The notes under the pieces are model-generated. The model made no database searches. It saw only the letters and a program-made list of their open reading frames with translations, and was not told the DNA's origin. A DNA stretch of 64,000 nt from Hyphomonadaceae bacterium (GTDB taxonomy: Bacteria; Pseudomonadota; Alphaproteobacteria; Caulobacterales; Hyphomonadaceae): assembly GCA_036795465.1 (NCBI GenBank), contig DAIRES010000002.1:1362-65361 (forward strand). The letters are read 5' to 3'. The position numbers were made by a program, and so were the translations under genes. Shown one piece after another: positions 48,504 through 59,635 of the stretch; positions within the stretch are counted from its first letter, which is position 1, and the number at the start of each line of letters is the position of its first letter.

Positions 48504-49724
<1,221 letters not shown>

Positions 49725-50004
49725 GACGTCTCCAGACCGGTTTGAGTCGCCTTCCGGGCGACCGCGCGCGAGAGGGGTTTAGCCCCGCTTGGGCCGCTTG
49801 GGGAGGGTAAAATCACGGGTTTCGGGGGCCCGATTGCCGCGTTTTGCAGGAGGTGGGGTTAGAGGGGCGTTACTGCGAGTCCGTAGGCGTATTTTCGAGG
49901 TGATTGAGCGGTCGAACACATGCTGGTGAGGAGAGCCGTCTGCCTCACCGCTGAGCGGCGATCCACCTCCCCCGGCCCGGGGCCGAAGGAGGCAAGACAG
50001 CGAC

Positions 50005-53004
50005 TTACTTCTCGAACGCGGCTTCCAGGAAGGCGGCCAGTTCCTTGTTGTGGAGCGTCATTGTGCCGGCTGCCGTGGAGGCCGAAGCAGGGCGGCCGAC
50101 ATAGCGGGCGCGCTTGTGCTTCACATCAAGCTTTTCGAGCGTCTTCTCGATGTTCCAGTCAACGAAGCTCCATGCGCCCATGTTGCGCGGCTCTTCCTGG
50201 CACCAGACCATGTCGGCCTGCGGGAAGCGGGCCAGTTCCTTCATGAGCGAAGCGACCGGGAACGGATAGAGCTGCTCGACGCGGAGCAGATAGACGTCGT
50301 CGATCTTGCGTTTCTCACGCTCTTCGAAGAGGTCGAAATACACCTTGCCCGAGCACATCACGACACGGCGGATATCCTTGTCGGCCTTCAGCGTGACGTC
50401 GGCCTTGCACTCCGGCACCTCGGCTCCGTCAGCCAGGATGCGGTGGAACGACGTGTTCGGCCCCATGTCCTTGAAGTAGGACACGGCGCGCTTGTGGCGC
50501 AGCAGGGATTTCGGCGTCATCACGATCAGCGGCTTGCGGAAATCGCGGTGAACCTGACGGCGCAGGGCGTGGAAATAGTTCGCCGGCGTCGTGCAGTTGA
50601 CGACCTGCATGTTGTCCTGCGCGCACATCTGCAGGAAGCGCTCGAGACGGGCGGAGGAGTGCTCCGGCCCCTGCCCCTCATAGCCATGCGGCAGAAGGCA
50701 GACGAGCCCGCACATGCGCAGCCACTTGCGCTCGCCCGAGGAGATGAACTGGTCGAACAGAACCTGTGCGCCGTTGGCGAAGTCGCCGAACTGCGCTTCC
50801 CACAGGGTGAGCGTATTCGGCGCGGTGAGCGCATAACCATACTCGTAACCGAGGACCGCTTCTTCCGAGAGCAGCGAGTCGATGACTTCGTAATTCGCCT
50901 GGTTGTCGGAGACGTGGTTGAGCGGCGTGTAGCGCTCCTCCGTCACCTGATCGACGAAGTGGGAGTGGCGCTGGGTGAACGTGCCGCGGCAGGAATCCTG
51001 ACCCGACAGGCGCACCGGGAAGCCTTCATCGAGCAGCGTCGCGAAGGCCATGTGTTCGGCCATGCCCCAGTCGAGATTTTCGCCCGACGTCGCCATCTTG
51101 CGGCGCGCATCGACCGTGCGGGCCACCGTCTTGTGGATGTTGAAGCCATCGGGAACGGTGGTGATCTTCTTGCCGATGTCCTTCAGCTTGGCTGCGGCGA
51201 CGCCGGTCTTGCCGCGGCCTTCATCGTCCTTCGGCAGGCCGAGGCCGGCCCATTTGCCATCGAGCCAGTCGGCGGCGCCGGGCTTGAACGTCTTGGCTTT
51301 CTCGAACTCAGCGTCGAGATGCGCTTCCATCTCGCCGACCATGTTGTTCACGGCCTCGTCCGAGATGACGCCTTCCTCGACAAGACGGCGCGAATAGAGT
51401 TCGCGCGTCGACAGCTGATCGCGGATTTTCGCGTACATCAGCGGCTGCGTCATCGTCGGATCATCGCCCTCGTTGTGACCGAAGCGGCGATAGCAGAACA
51501 TGTCGATGACAACGTCCTTGCCAAATGTCTGACGGTATTCGGTAGCGACCTTGGCGGCATAGACGACCGATTCTGGGTCATCGCCGTTGACGTGGAAGAC
51601 TGGCGCATCGACCATCTTCGCCATGTCCGAGGGATAGGGCGATGAGCGCGAGAAAGACGGCGCCGTCGTGAAGCCGATCTGGTTGTTGACGATGAAGTGC
51701 ATCGCCCCGCCCGTGCGATAGCCGGCGAGACCCGACAGCGCGAAGCATTCGGCGACAACGCCCTGGCCCGCGAACGCCGCATCGCCGTGCAGTAGCAGCG
51801 GCATGACCTTGGTGCGGCGCTTGTTGCGCTCGACCGGCTCGACCGCGCGCGTGGCGCCTGCCTCGACCTCGTCGAAGAACTGCTTCGCGCGGGCCTTTCC
51901 GAGCACGACCGGGTTCACGATCTCGAGGTGGGACGGGTTCGCCGTGAGCGAGAGGTGGACGCTGTGGCCATCGAACTCGCGATCGGACGAAGCGCCGAGG
52001 TGGTATTTGACGTCGCCTGAGCCGTAGTCGTCGCCGCCCTGCGTGTTGCCGCCCTGAAACTCGAAGAAGATCTTGTGGTAGGGCTTGCCCATCACGGCGG
52101 CGAGCACGTTGAGACGGCCACGGTGCGGCATGCCGACGATGATCTCGTCGACGCCGAGCGCGCCGCCGCGCTTGATGATCTGCTCAAGCGCAGGAACAGC
52201 GGCTTCGCCGCCATCAAGACCGAAACGCTTGGTGCCGGGATAGCGCTTGTGCAGGAAGCGTTCGAAGGCCTCGGCTTCGACCAGCTTCTTGAGGATGGCG
52301 CGCTTGCCCTGCGGCGTGAACGCGATCTCCTTGTCCTTGCCTTCGATGCGCTGCTGGATCCACGATTTCTCGTCCGGATCCGAGATGTGCATGAACTCGA
52401 CGGCGAACGTGCCGCAATAGGTGCGCTTCAGGATGTCGAGCATCTGGCGCGGGGTCGCGTAATCGAGACCCATGACGTTATCGATGTAGATCTTGCGGTC
52501 CATGTCCTTGGGACCGAAGCCGTAGGTCTTGGGGTCGAGTTCCGGCTGATCTTCCTGCCTGGCGATGTTCAGCGGATCGAGATGGGCGGCGAGGTGACCG
52601 CGAATGCGATAGGCGCGGATCATCATCAGCGCGCGGATCGAGTCCTGGACCTGCTGGGCGAGATCAGCCGGGGCGATGGTGGGGCCAACCTGCGGAGCCT
52701 TCTTCGGCTCTTTCTTGACCTCAGGACCCCAGTTGCCGTCGAGGGCGGAGACAAGCTCGCCATTCTGGGGACGCAAGGGCTCTTTCCATTCCGGGCCGCG
52801 GGCGGCCTTGGTGGCGCTCTCGGCCGAGTCGGCCACGCCCTTGAAGAAGCGCTGCCAGGTTTCCTCCACCGATGTGGGGTCTTCGGCGTACTGCGCGTAA
52901 AGCTGCTCGATGTAGGCGGCGTTGGGACCGTAGAGGAACGCCGTGTCCAGCATGGCTTCGTTGTCCATTCCGCGGACTTCGCCAGGCTTCGCCTCAATGT
53001 TCAT
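50005..53004 (-). CDS. sucA: 2-oxoglutarate dehydrogenase E1 component
   Basis: 999 aa. FLYGPNAAYIEQLY N-terminus, ThDP region LLHGDAAFAGQGVV. The start may be the in-frame ATG 12 codons downstream. Confidence 0.95.
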   Translation of the reverse strand: MNIEAKPGEVRGMDNEAMLDTAFLYGPNAAYIEQLYAQYAEDPTSVEETWQRFFKGVADSAESATKAARGPEWKEPLRPQNGELVSALDGNWGPEVKKEPKKAPQVGPTIAPADLAQQVQDSIRALMMIRAYRIRGHLAAHLDPLNIARQEDQPELDPKTYGFGPKDMDRKIYIDNVMGLDYATPRQMLDILKRTYCGTFAVEFMHISDPDEKSWIQQRIEGKDKEIAFTPQGKRAILKKLVEAEAFERFLHKRYPGTKRFGLDGGEAAVPALEQIIKRGGALGVDEIIVGMPHRGRLNVLAAVMGKPYHKIFFEFQGGNTQGGDDYGSGDVKYHLGASSDREFDGHSVHLSLTANPSHLEIVNPVVLGKARAKQFFDEVEAGATRAVEPVERNKRRTKVMPLLLHGDAAFAGQGVVAECFALSGLAGYRTGGAMHFIVNNQIGFTTAPSFSRSSPYPSDMAKMVDAPVFHVNGDDPESVVYAAKVATEYRQTFGKDVVIDMFCYRRFGHNEGDDPTMTQPLMYAKIRDQLSTRELYSRRLVEEGVISDEAVNNMVGEMEAHLDAEFEKAKTFKPGAADWLDGKWAGLGLPKDDEGRGKTGVAAAKLKDIGKKITTVPDGFNIHKTVARTVDARRKMATSGENLDWGMAEHMAFATLLDEGFPVRLSGQDSCRGTFTQRHSHFVDQVTEERYTPLNHVSDNQANYEVIDSLLSEEAVLGYEYGYALTAPNTLTLWEAQFGDFANGAQVLFDQFISSGERKWLRMCGLVCLLPHGYEGQGPEHSSARLERFLQMCAQDNMQVVNCTTPANYFHALRRQVHRDFRKPLIVMTPKSLLRHKRAVSYFKDMGPNTSFHRILADGAEVPECKADVTLKADKDIRRVVMCSGKVYFDLFEEREKRKIDDVYLLRVEQLYPFPVASLMKELARFPQADMVWCQEEPRNMGAWSFVDWNIEKTLEKLDVKHKRARYVGRPASASTAAGTMTLHNKELAAFLEAAFEK

Positions 53005-53172
53005 TTGTCGTGTCCTGTTGCGCCGAGTCGGGGCCCCTGCCCCGCGCGCCGATGGGTGGCACTCAGATGCTGCTTTTTGTGTCCAGACTCAACCAGTAAG
53101 GGTGAGACAAACTGCACATAAGACCGTGAGCCGTTAGCGCTTCGTTTCACCCGCCCAACAAGACAGGAAACC

Positions 53173-54084
53173 CTAGCGTTTCAGCACTTCCGCCAGCGTG
53201 ACGCCCAGGCGCGCCGGGCTCGGCGAAACGACGATTCCGGCCGATTGCATGGCTTCGATCTTCGATTCGGCATCGCCCTTGCCGCCTGAAACGATGGCGC
53301 CTGCGTGGCCCATCGTCCGGCCCTTGGGCGCCGTGCGGCCCGCGATGAAGCCAACCATCGGCTTCTTGCGGCCACGCTTGGCCTCGTCTTTCAGGAATTG
53401 CGCTGCGTCTTCCTCGCCCGAACCGCCGATTTCGCCGATCATGATGATCGACTTGGTGGCGTCGTCGGCCAGGAACATTTCGAGGACGTCGATGAAGTCC
53501 GTGCCTTTGACCGGGTCGCCGCCGATGCCGACGGCCGTGGTCTGGCCGAGGCCCTCGTTCGTGGTCTGGAACACCGCTTCATAGGTGAGCGTGCCCGAGC
53601 GCGAGAGAACGCCGACAGTGCCCTTGGAGAAGATGTTGCCCGGCATGATGCCGATCTTGCACTCGCCCGGCGTCAGCACGCCCGGGCAGTTCGGCCCGAT
53701 CAGGCGCGATTTCGACTTCGACAGGCGGTCTTTCACCTTCACCATGTCCAGCACCGGCACGCCTTCCGTGATCGTGACGATCAGGGGGATTTCAGCGTCT
53801 ATGGCTTCAAGGATGGCGGCGGCGCAGCCTGACGGCGGCACGTAGATAACCGTGGCGTTGGCGCCCGTGGCGTCGCGCGCTTCGGCGACGGTGTTGAACA
53901 GCGGGCGCTCGACCGTGGAGCCATCCGGCAGCTTGCCGACCCATTTCTGGCCGCCCTTGCCCGGCGTGATGCCGCCGACGAACTGCGTGCCGTAGGCGAT
54001 GCCTTGCTCGGTGTGGAAGGTGCCGGTCTTGCCGGTCATGCCCTGGGTGAGGACCTTGGTGTTCTTGTCGATCAGGATGGACAT
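53173..54084 (-). CDS. sucD: succinate-CoA ligase alpha subunit
   Basis: 303 aa. [21 protein letters not shown].., phosphohistidine loop GHAGAIV. Confidence 0.95.
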   Translation of the reverse strand: MSILIDKNTKVLTQGMTGKTGTFHTEQGIAYGTQFVGGITPGKGGQKWVGKLPDGSTVERPLFNTVAEARDATGANATVIYVPPSGCAAAILEAIDAEIPLIVTITEGVPVLDMVKVKDRLSKSKSRLIGPNCPGVLTPGECKIGIMPGNIFSKGTVGVLSRSGTLTYEAVFQTTNEGLGQTTAVGIGGDPVKGTDFIDVLEMFLADDATKSIIMIGEIGGSGEEDAAQFLKDEAKRGRKKPMVGFIAGRTAPKGRTMGHAGAIVSGGKGDAESKIEAMQSAGIVVSPSPARLGVTLAEVLKR

Positions 54085-54110
54085 CGCTGAGCCTTGTTCG
54101 GTCGAAGTCT

Positions 54111-54142
54111 GAAAACGAAAAAGGGCGAGCCTGCGCTCGCCC
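54111..54142 (-). terminator. terminator-like hairpin between sucC and sucD
   Basis: On the transcribed strand: GGGCGAGC-gcag-GCTCGCCC followed by TTTTTCGTTTTC. It starts 5 nt after the sucC stop and ends 27 nt before the sucD ATG. Confidence 0.5.
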
Positions 54143-54147
54143 GCTGA

Positions 54148-55353
54148 TTATTTGCCCTTGATGGCGGCGACGATCTTCTGCGCCGCGTCGTCGAGGTCAT
54201 TGGCCGAGATCACGGCAAGGCCGCTCTCGTTGATGATCTTCTTGCCGAGTTCGACGTTGGTGCCCTCGAGACGGACGACCAGGGGCACGGAGAGGTTCGT
54301 CTCTTTCACGGCGGCGAGCACGCCTTCCGCGATGACGTCGCACTTCATGATGCCGCCGAAGATGTTCACGAGGATGCCCTTCACCTTGGGGTCCTGCATG
54401 ATGATCTTGAAGGCAGCCGCGACTTTCTCTTTACCCGCGCCGCCGCCGACGTCGCAGAAGTTCGCCGGCTCTTCGCCGTAGAGCTTGATGATGTCCATCG
54501 TCGCCATGGCAAGGCCCGCGCCGTTGACCATGCAGCCGATCGTGCCGTCGAGCGGGATGTAGGCGAGGTCCCACTCTTTCGCGGCGATCTCTTTCTCGTC
54601 TTCTTCCGTTGTGTCGCGCAGGGCGATGATGTCGTCGTGGCGGCCCTTGATGGCCAGCGCGTTGTCATCGAACGAAACCTTGGCGTCGAGCACGCGCAGG
54701 TGGCCGTCCTTCATGACGATCAGCGGGTTCACTTCCAGCATGCTCATGTCTTTCGACGTGAATGCCTTGAAGAGGATCGGCGCGAGCGTGAGCATGTCGG
54801 CCTTCGCGGCGCCTTCGAGATGCAGCGCGGCGGCCAGCTTCAGCGAGTCAGCTTCGGTGACGCCCGTGGCCGGATCGATCGAGATGGTGAGGATTTTCTC
54901 GGGCGTGTCGTGGGCGACGGCTTCGATGTCCATGCCGCCTTCGGTCGAGACGACGAACGCGACGCGGCCGGTTTCACGGTCGACCAGCATGGAGAGGTAG
55001 AGTTCTTTCTCGATGTCGGCGCCGTCTTCGATGTAGATGCGGTTCACCTGCTTGCCGGCGCCATTGGTCTGGGCGGTGACGAGGTGTTTGCCGAGCATGG
55101 CCTTCACGTGCTCGAGCGCCTGCTCTTTCGAGAAGCCGAGGCGGACGCCGCCTTTTTCACCGGCTTCCTTTTCGATGAACTTGCCCTTGCCGCGTCCACC
55201 CGCGTGGATCTGCGATTTCACGACCCAGAGTGGACCCGGCAGCGCGTCGATGGCGGCCTGCGCTTGATCCACTGAGGTGATCGCAACGCCTTTGGCGACA
55301 GGTGCGCCGAAAGACTTCAGGACTTCCTTCGCCTGATGCTCGTGGATGTTCAT
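54148..55353 (-). CDS. sucC: succinate-CoA ligase beta subunit
   Basis: I chose ATG 55353 ([19 protein letters not shown]). ATP-grasp and ligase-CoA domains. Confidence 0.95.
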   Translation of the reverse strand: MNIHEHQAKEVLKSFGAPVAKGVAITSVDQAQAAIDALPGPLWVVKSQIHAGGRGKGKFIEKEAGEKGGVRLGFSKEQALEHVKAMLGKHLVTAQTNGAGKQVNRIYIEDGADIEKELYLSMLVDRETGRVAFVVSTEGGMDIEAVAHDTPEKILTISIDPATGVTEADSLKLAAALHLEGAAKADMLTLAPILFKAFTSKDMSMLEVNPLIVMKDGHLRVLDAKVSFDDNALAIKGRHDDIIALRDTTEEDEKEIAAKEWDLAYIPLDGTIGCMVNGAGLAMATMDIIKLYGEEPANFCDVGGGAGKEKVAAAFKIIMQDPKVKGILVNIFGGIMKCDVIAEGVLAAVKETNLSVPLVVRLEGTNVELGKKIINESGLAVISANDLDDAAQKIVAAIKGK

Positions 55354-55496
55354 GAGAAATCGCCCCTCAAGGGAGAGCCGCGGCCGGCTCGGTGTGGGGT
55401 GGCGATTAGCGCATGGGGCGCCCTTAGGCAACGTGGGCGTTTTGTCGTTTTGCCTGCCCGTTTACTGGGCCGTTTTCGGATGCCCGGAATGCGAGC

Positions 55497-56747
55497 TTAA
55501 TCGGCCCTCGCTGCCCGCTCGGCATCGTCGGCGACCTTGCCTTGCACAACGCTTGTCGAGCTGACAGCCTGAAAGGGCTGCCGATGTGCGGCGGTTGGGC
55601 GATCCTTGATGAAAAGCCGCCAGAGATTGGCGGTCATGAGGGCAAAATAGCCCACAGCGACAGCTGCGAACACGCCGGGCTGCCCTGCCTTGGTGTCGGC
55701 GACCACGCCGGTCAGCAGGGGGCCAAGCACGGAACCACCCGCCCAGATAAAGAGCATGCCCGACATCACCTGCGTGATCTGGCCCGCTTCCGTCCGGTCC
55801 GTCGCATGCGCAGCGGACACCGAATAGAAGGACAGCGCGCCCGCGCCCCACAGGGCCGACAGCAGAACAGTGATAGAGAACGAGACCTTCCCCGCCGTGA
55901 GATAAAGCGCGATGCACGCGCCCAGCGCTATGGCGGCAAGACCAGCCACGACAAAGCGGCGGTCGATCCTGTCTGAGATCAGCCCGGCAGGCCATTGCGT
56001 GAGCGTGCCGCCCATCATCGCCGCAATATAGAGCGTGGCGGCGGATGCCCCGGCAGCGCCCGGCTGAAGGTCTTTGGCGTAAAGCGGCAACTGGCTGGTG
56101 ACGCCGGTGTTGCAGACGCCCGCAACGATCGAACCGACGAGAGCGGCAGGCGGTATCTTGAAGATGCCGGCCAGCGTAAGCGCTTCACGATCCGGCAGGA
56201 CAGGCTGCGCGCGGCGCGTGGCGCAGAGCGGGATCACCGCCAGCGTCATCAGCAGGCCAGCCCAGATGAAGGGGCGGATATCATCAGCCGCGTGCTCCAC
56301 GATCAGAAGCGGGCCGCACGACATCGCGATCTTGAGCATGAGCTGATAGAGGCCCATCACGCCGCCGCGCTTCGAGCGGGGCGTCGAATCCGCGATCCAG
56401 CTTTCCGCCGACGTGAACATGATCGCCGAAGCCGCGCCCTGGAACAGCCGGAAAATGCCCCACGCGACCGGATCGAACGCCAGGCCCATCGACAGGATGC
56501 CGACGGCATAGATCGCCGCCGCCGCCGAATAGGCCCGGATATGGCCGATCTGCCGGACGATATCGGGCGCGAACCACGCCCCCAACATGAAGCCGGCGGA
56601 GAACACCGCAGCTACCATGCCAACGCCCAGCGCCGACGCGCCCATATAGTTGAGCGCCAGCGGCGTCGACACGCTGAGAATGCCGGAGGCCGCCTGCAGC
56701 AGCATGACTGCGGCGATAAGGGACGCGACGTTGCGATAGACGGTCAT
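55497..56747 (-). CDS. MFS transporter
   Basis: 416 aa, about 12 TM helices, MFS motif-A-like GLISDRIDRRF between TM helices. Confidence 0.85.
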   Translation of the reverse strand: MTVYRNVASLIAAVMLLQAASGILSVSTPLALNYMGASALGVGMVAAVFSAGFMLGAWFAPDIVRQIGHIRAYSAAAAIYAVGILSMGLAFDPVAWGIFRLFQGAASAIMFTSAESWIADSTPRSKRGGVMGLYQLMLKIAMSCGPLLIVEHAADDIRPFIWAGLLMTLAVIPLCATRRAQPVLPDREALTLAGIFKIPPAALVGSIVAGVCNTGVTSQLPLYAKDLQPGAAGASAATLYIAAMMGGTLTQWPAGLISDRIDRRFVVAGLAAIALGACIALYLTAGKVSFSITVLLSALWGAGALSFYSVSAAHATDRTEAGQITQVMSGMLFIWAGGSVLGPLLTGVVADTKAGQPGVFAAVAVGYFALMTANLWRLFIKDRPTAAHRQPFQAVSSTSVVQGKVADDAERAARAD

Positions 56748-56936
56748 TGCTAGGGCGAGGCGGCGTTTCTGGTGTTCTTGTTTGCCCCAGTGCTTACGCC
56801 GCTTCGCGCAAGAGCGCGTCTAAAATCTTGTTACGGACAGCACGAAAGCTCAAAATTCACGGCTGTCCACTGAGCTGGATTTGTCGATCGGACCATGCCG
56901 CTGTAACGTGATTTGCTGCATTTGCCCGGGGGACGC

Positions 56937-57437
56937 ATGAGCTGGAAGCCAAACCACTTGATCGCGCCAATAGCTTCGCTCTTGTATGTTTTGTCGTTGT
57001 GTATCGACCCAGCCTACGCCGAACCACGCGGAGTCCGCATCGGCAGTGAATTGATTGTTGAGCCGGTCGAACAAGTCACGACAGAGGAGCTTTGGCACCT
57101 GCGCGCAGCGAAGTATTATTTGCCTGTGCGAGATGCTGGCGGTGCTGCCGTCCTTGCTGTCTGGGACTATGACTCTGAGAGCGGCATTCGAGACGAAGCT
57201 TGGCTGGCGATCTGTCTGGCGATTGTTGGAACTGGAGACGTCGGCGAAACACCGGTCGCATTGCGCATATGGGCAAAGGCGCGAGACGTGATTGACTACA
57301 AGATTCAGGGCGTGGAACCAGGCACCGGCAAGATTTCGGAGTACGAGGTCAGCATCGGACCGCAAAAGATTTCGATCGCAAACACCCAACTCGGTACGGT
57401 GTTCATCAACGGCGATAAGTTCGGTCAGATCCATTAG
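56937..57437 (+). CDS. secreted hypothetical protein in a low-GC patch
   Basis: ATG 56937 after GGGGGAC. Signal peptide MSWKPNHLIAPIASLLYVLSLCIDPAYAEP. Many A/T-ending codons, unlike the neighbours. The stop directly abuts a hairpin. Confidence 0.5.
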   Translation: MSWKPNHLIAPIASLLYVLSLCIDPAYAEPRGVRIGSELIVEPVEQVTTEELWHLRAAKYYLPVRDAGGAAVLAVWDYDSESGIRDEAWLAICLAIVGTGDVGETPVALRIWAKARDVIDYKIQGVEPGTGKISEYEVSIGPQKISIANTQLGTVFINGDKFGQIH

Positions 57438-57466
57438 GAAAGCGGAGGCCATCGGCCTCCGCTTTC
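57438..57466. terminator. hairpin between convergent genes
   Basis: GAAAGCGGAGGCC-atc-GGCCTCCGCTTTC, a 13-bp perfect stem between stops at 57437 (+) and 57472 (-). No clear U-tract. Confidence 0.55.
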
Positions 57467-57471
57467 AGAAA

Positions 57472-58947
57472 TCAGCCCGCCCACGTCCCGTGAAACCCGA
57501 GCGGCCAGGCGTAGTTAGCCTGCCATACCGCGACCGGGCCATCCGTGACCCGCGCAGCGTCAAAGACGTGGACTTCGCTGCGGCCCAGCTTCGTGTTGAT
57601 CGCAGTGCCGATCAGCCAGCAATCGGTTTCCGCCGCGCCCGAGCCTTTCGGCACGAACAGGTTTTCCTCGACCATGTAGTCTGCGCCGAAATCGAAGACC
57701 TGCACCTTGCCGGACGACCAGTCCTGCACCGCCAGCGCGCTGCCGCCGGGCTGGCCCTCGACCGAGCCCGTCACCATCGATGTCAGCTTGCGTGACAGGC
57801 CGTGGCGGCGCGGATCGACCTGCGGAAAATCGCCCGCGATGCTGGTCTCGATCATCTTCGCGTCGCCCGACTTTCCGCCCTGTGCGGGCGCGATCACCAC
57901 CATGGTCAGCTTGGAGGTGACGGTGTCGCCGGCATACTTGCCCCTGATCTCGTCAGCCCCGCCGCCGGAACCGAGAATGGGCTCGGGATAGAACGCCGCG
58001 TCTAGCCGGATCGTGCCGTCGCTTTCCTCCCACGCCGCGCCGGTATGATAGAAAGCGCGCGCGGGGCCCTGCGCCCAGCGGGTCTTCGTCAGGTCGTCCT
58101 TGTCGATGATCAGGAACTTCATCCCCTCTTCCGGCTTCCACACGAAGCTGTCGATGAAGGGCGGGATGTTCTTCGTCTGGATCCAGGGCTGGCAGAGGAT
58201 GACCAGCTTGCGCTCCGTCATCGTCCAGTCGTGGATGTAGTGAGCGGCCCCGATATCGACCATGCCGAAGTCCCTGGTCGAGCCATCCGGGTTGATGTTG
58301 TAGATGCCGACGCGGCGGCCGTTCATCGCAAGGCTCCACACGCGGCCATCGGGCTCGCGCTTGGGATGGGCGAGGAAGGGCATGCCCTTCAAGTCATTGC
58401 GCCAGACCTTCAGACCCTTGGTTTCAAGCGTGACCGGATCAATGCGGTAGGGCGAGCCCGCCTCCCACAGCGCCAGCAACTCGCCGCCCGACATCATGAC
58501 GGAGATGTTGCCGGGGTTCACATCGTCGGCGGAGCCAACCGGATATGACGGATCGCCCTTCGTGCCGAAGCCCGGCGCGAGGAACTTGTTCGCCTTCATT
58601 TCGAGACGACGTTTCTGCGTGTCGATGAACTTGCCGGAATGAACCGCCTTGCCATCACCGATGGCGATGCGCTGGACCATGCCGTCGCCATCGAACCAGT
58701 GAGTGGCGTAAGCGTCGCCGTGTTTGAAATGCGCGGGACCGTTCCGGTAGAGCGTGCCGGTGAGCCCCGCCGGGATCTTGCCACGGACGAGCTTCATGGC
58801 CCCGGGCGCGAAGCCTTCGGCCGGGGCGTTGGCGTAGCCCACATGCCAGCCGGGAAGGACTGGTTCGGCAAACACTTTCGGGGAAACGGCCAGCGCGGCG
58901 CCTGTCATCAGGCCCGTGTGGAGAAACATGCGGCGGGAGAGGTTCAT
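57472..58947 (-). CDS. carotenoid oxygenase family protein (Tat-exported)
   Basis: Twin-arginine signal MNLSRRMFLHTG. Conserved His contexts of the CCO/RPE65 family (ATHWFDGDGMV, HYIHDWTMTE, FYHTGAAWE, GFHGTW). Confidence 0.85.
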   Translation of the reverse strand: MNLSRRMFLHTGLMTGAALAVSPKVFAEPVLPGWHVGYANAPAEGFAPGAMKLVRGKIPAGLTGTLYRNGPAHFKHGDAYATHWFDGDGMVQRIAIGDGKAVHSGKFIDTQKRRLEMKANKFLAPGFGTKGDPSYPVGSADDVNPGNISVMMSGGELLALWEAGSPYRIDPVTLETKGLKVWRNDLKGMPFLAHPKREPDGRVWSLAMNGRRVGIYNINPDGSTRDFGMVDIGAAHYIHDWTMTERKLVILCQPWIQTKNIPPFIDSFVWKPEEGMKFLIIDKDDLTKTRWAQGPARAFYHTGAAWEESDGTIRLDAAFYPEPILGSGGGADEIRGKYAGDTVTSKLTMVVIAPAQGGKSGDAKMIETSIAGDFPQVDPRRHGLSRKLTSMVTGSVEGQPGGSALAVQDWSSGKVQVFDFGADYMVEENLFVPKGSGAAETDCWLIGTAINTKLGRSEVHVFDAARVTDGPVAVWQANYAWPLGFHGTWAG

Positions 58948-58969
58948 GCGGAAGCTCCTGTCAGCCTAG

Positions 58970-59434
58970 CTATTGCAGCTTGATCGTCTGGGTCGCGCCC
59001 GTGGCGGAGACCTCAAACTTTGCGGCATCCCATTTGGCCGGGCCAAACTGGGCCGGAGCGTTGTTCGAGAAGGCGAACGGTTCGATCGGCATGCCGAACG
59101 GGTTCATGCCCATCTTCCCGTCGCCATCGATGTCATGGAACATCTTGATCCCGTACTGCCCAGGGGGGAGTTCGAACGTGGTCGTGGCGGTGTCGGCCGT
59201 GACCGGCAGCGTGCTGGCGGCAACCACCTTGTCGGCGTCGTACCCGGCCTGGTCATAGACGGCGATCATCAGCGCGCCGGCGTGCTCCTTGATGTCGGTC
59301 ACGGTCAGGGTGAGCTGGGCCTTGGCCGGGTCGGCGGCGGCAGTTCCCGGGAACAGGACGGCGGCGGCGACCAGCAGGGCCGGAACCGGGGCGAGCAGGC
59401 CGAGGGCGGTTTCGAGGAGGGGGAGGCGTTTCAT
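58970..59434 (-). CDS. DUF2141 domain protein (secreted)
   Basis: Signal peptide, then LTLTVTDIKEHAGALMIAVYD and MFHDIDGDGKMGMNPFGMPIEPFAFSNN (DUF2141 signature). Confidence 0.8.
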   Translation of the reverse strand: MKRLPLLETALGLLAPVPALLVAAAVLFPGTAAADPAKAQLTLTVTDIKEHAGALMIAVYDQAGYDADKVVAASTLPVTADTATTTFELPPGQYGIKMFHDIDGDGKMGMNPFGMPIEPFAFSNNAPAQFGPAKWDAAKFEVSATGATQTIKLQ

Positions 59435-59635
59435 TGCGGGGCGTCCTTTTTTGTTTTTTGCTTCGCATCAGAACCGGCTTTCCCGGCCGGCAAACGCAAG
59501 ATCAGGCGCCTTGAGCAGCCGAACCACGCCAAATGCGCGAACCGGCTGTTTTGCTTCGCGAACTGCCGGGTTACACCGTTCACGAAGCGCGAAATGCATT
59601 CGCGAAACGCCAGTAAACGGGGCTTGTAACGGTCA

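Noticed and set aside
50050-53121. 531-aa and 348-aa ORFs antisense to sucA
   Set aside because: Same high-GC antisense artefact. sucA on the minus strand is clearly genuine.
56850-57452. 200-aa minus-strand ORF overlapping the low-GC region
   Set aside because: Its start codon lies inside the stem of the 57438-57466 hairpin, and the protein is Arg/Cys/Gln-rich with no signal or motif. The plus-strand ORF has a Shine-Dalgarno, a signal peptide and a stop abutting the hairpin, so I preferred it. That preference carries only moderate confidence.
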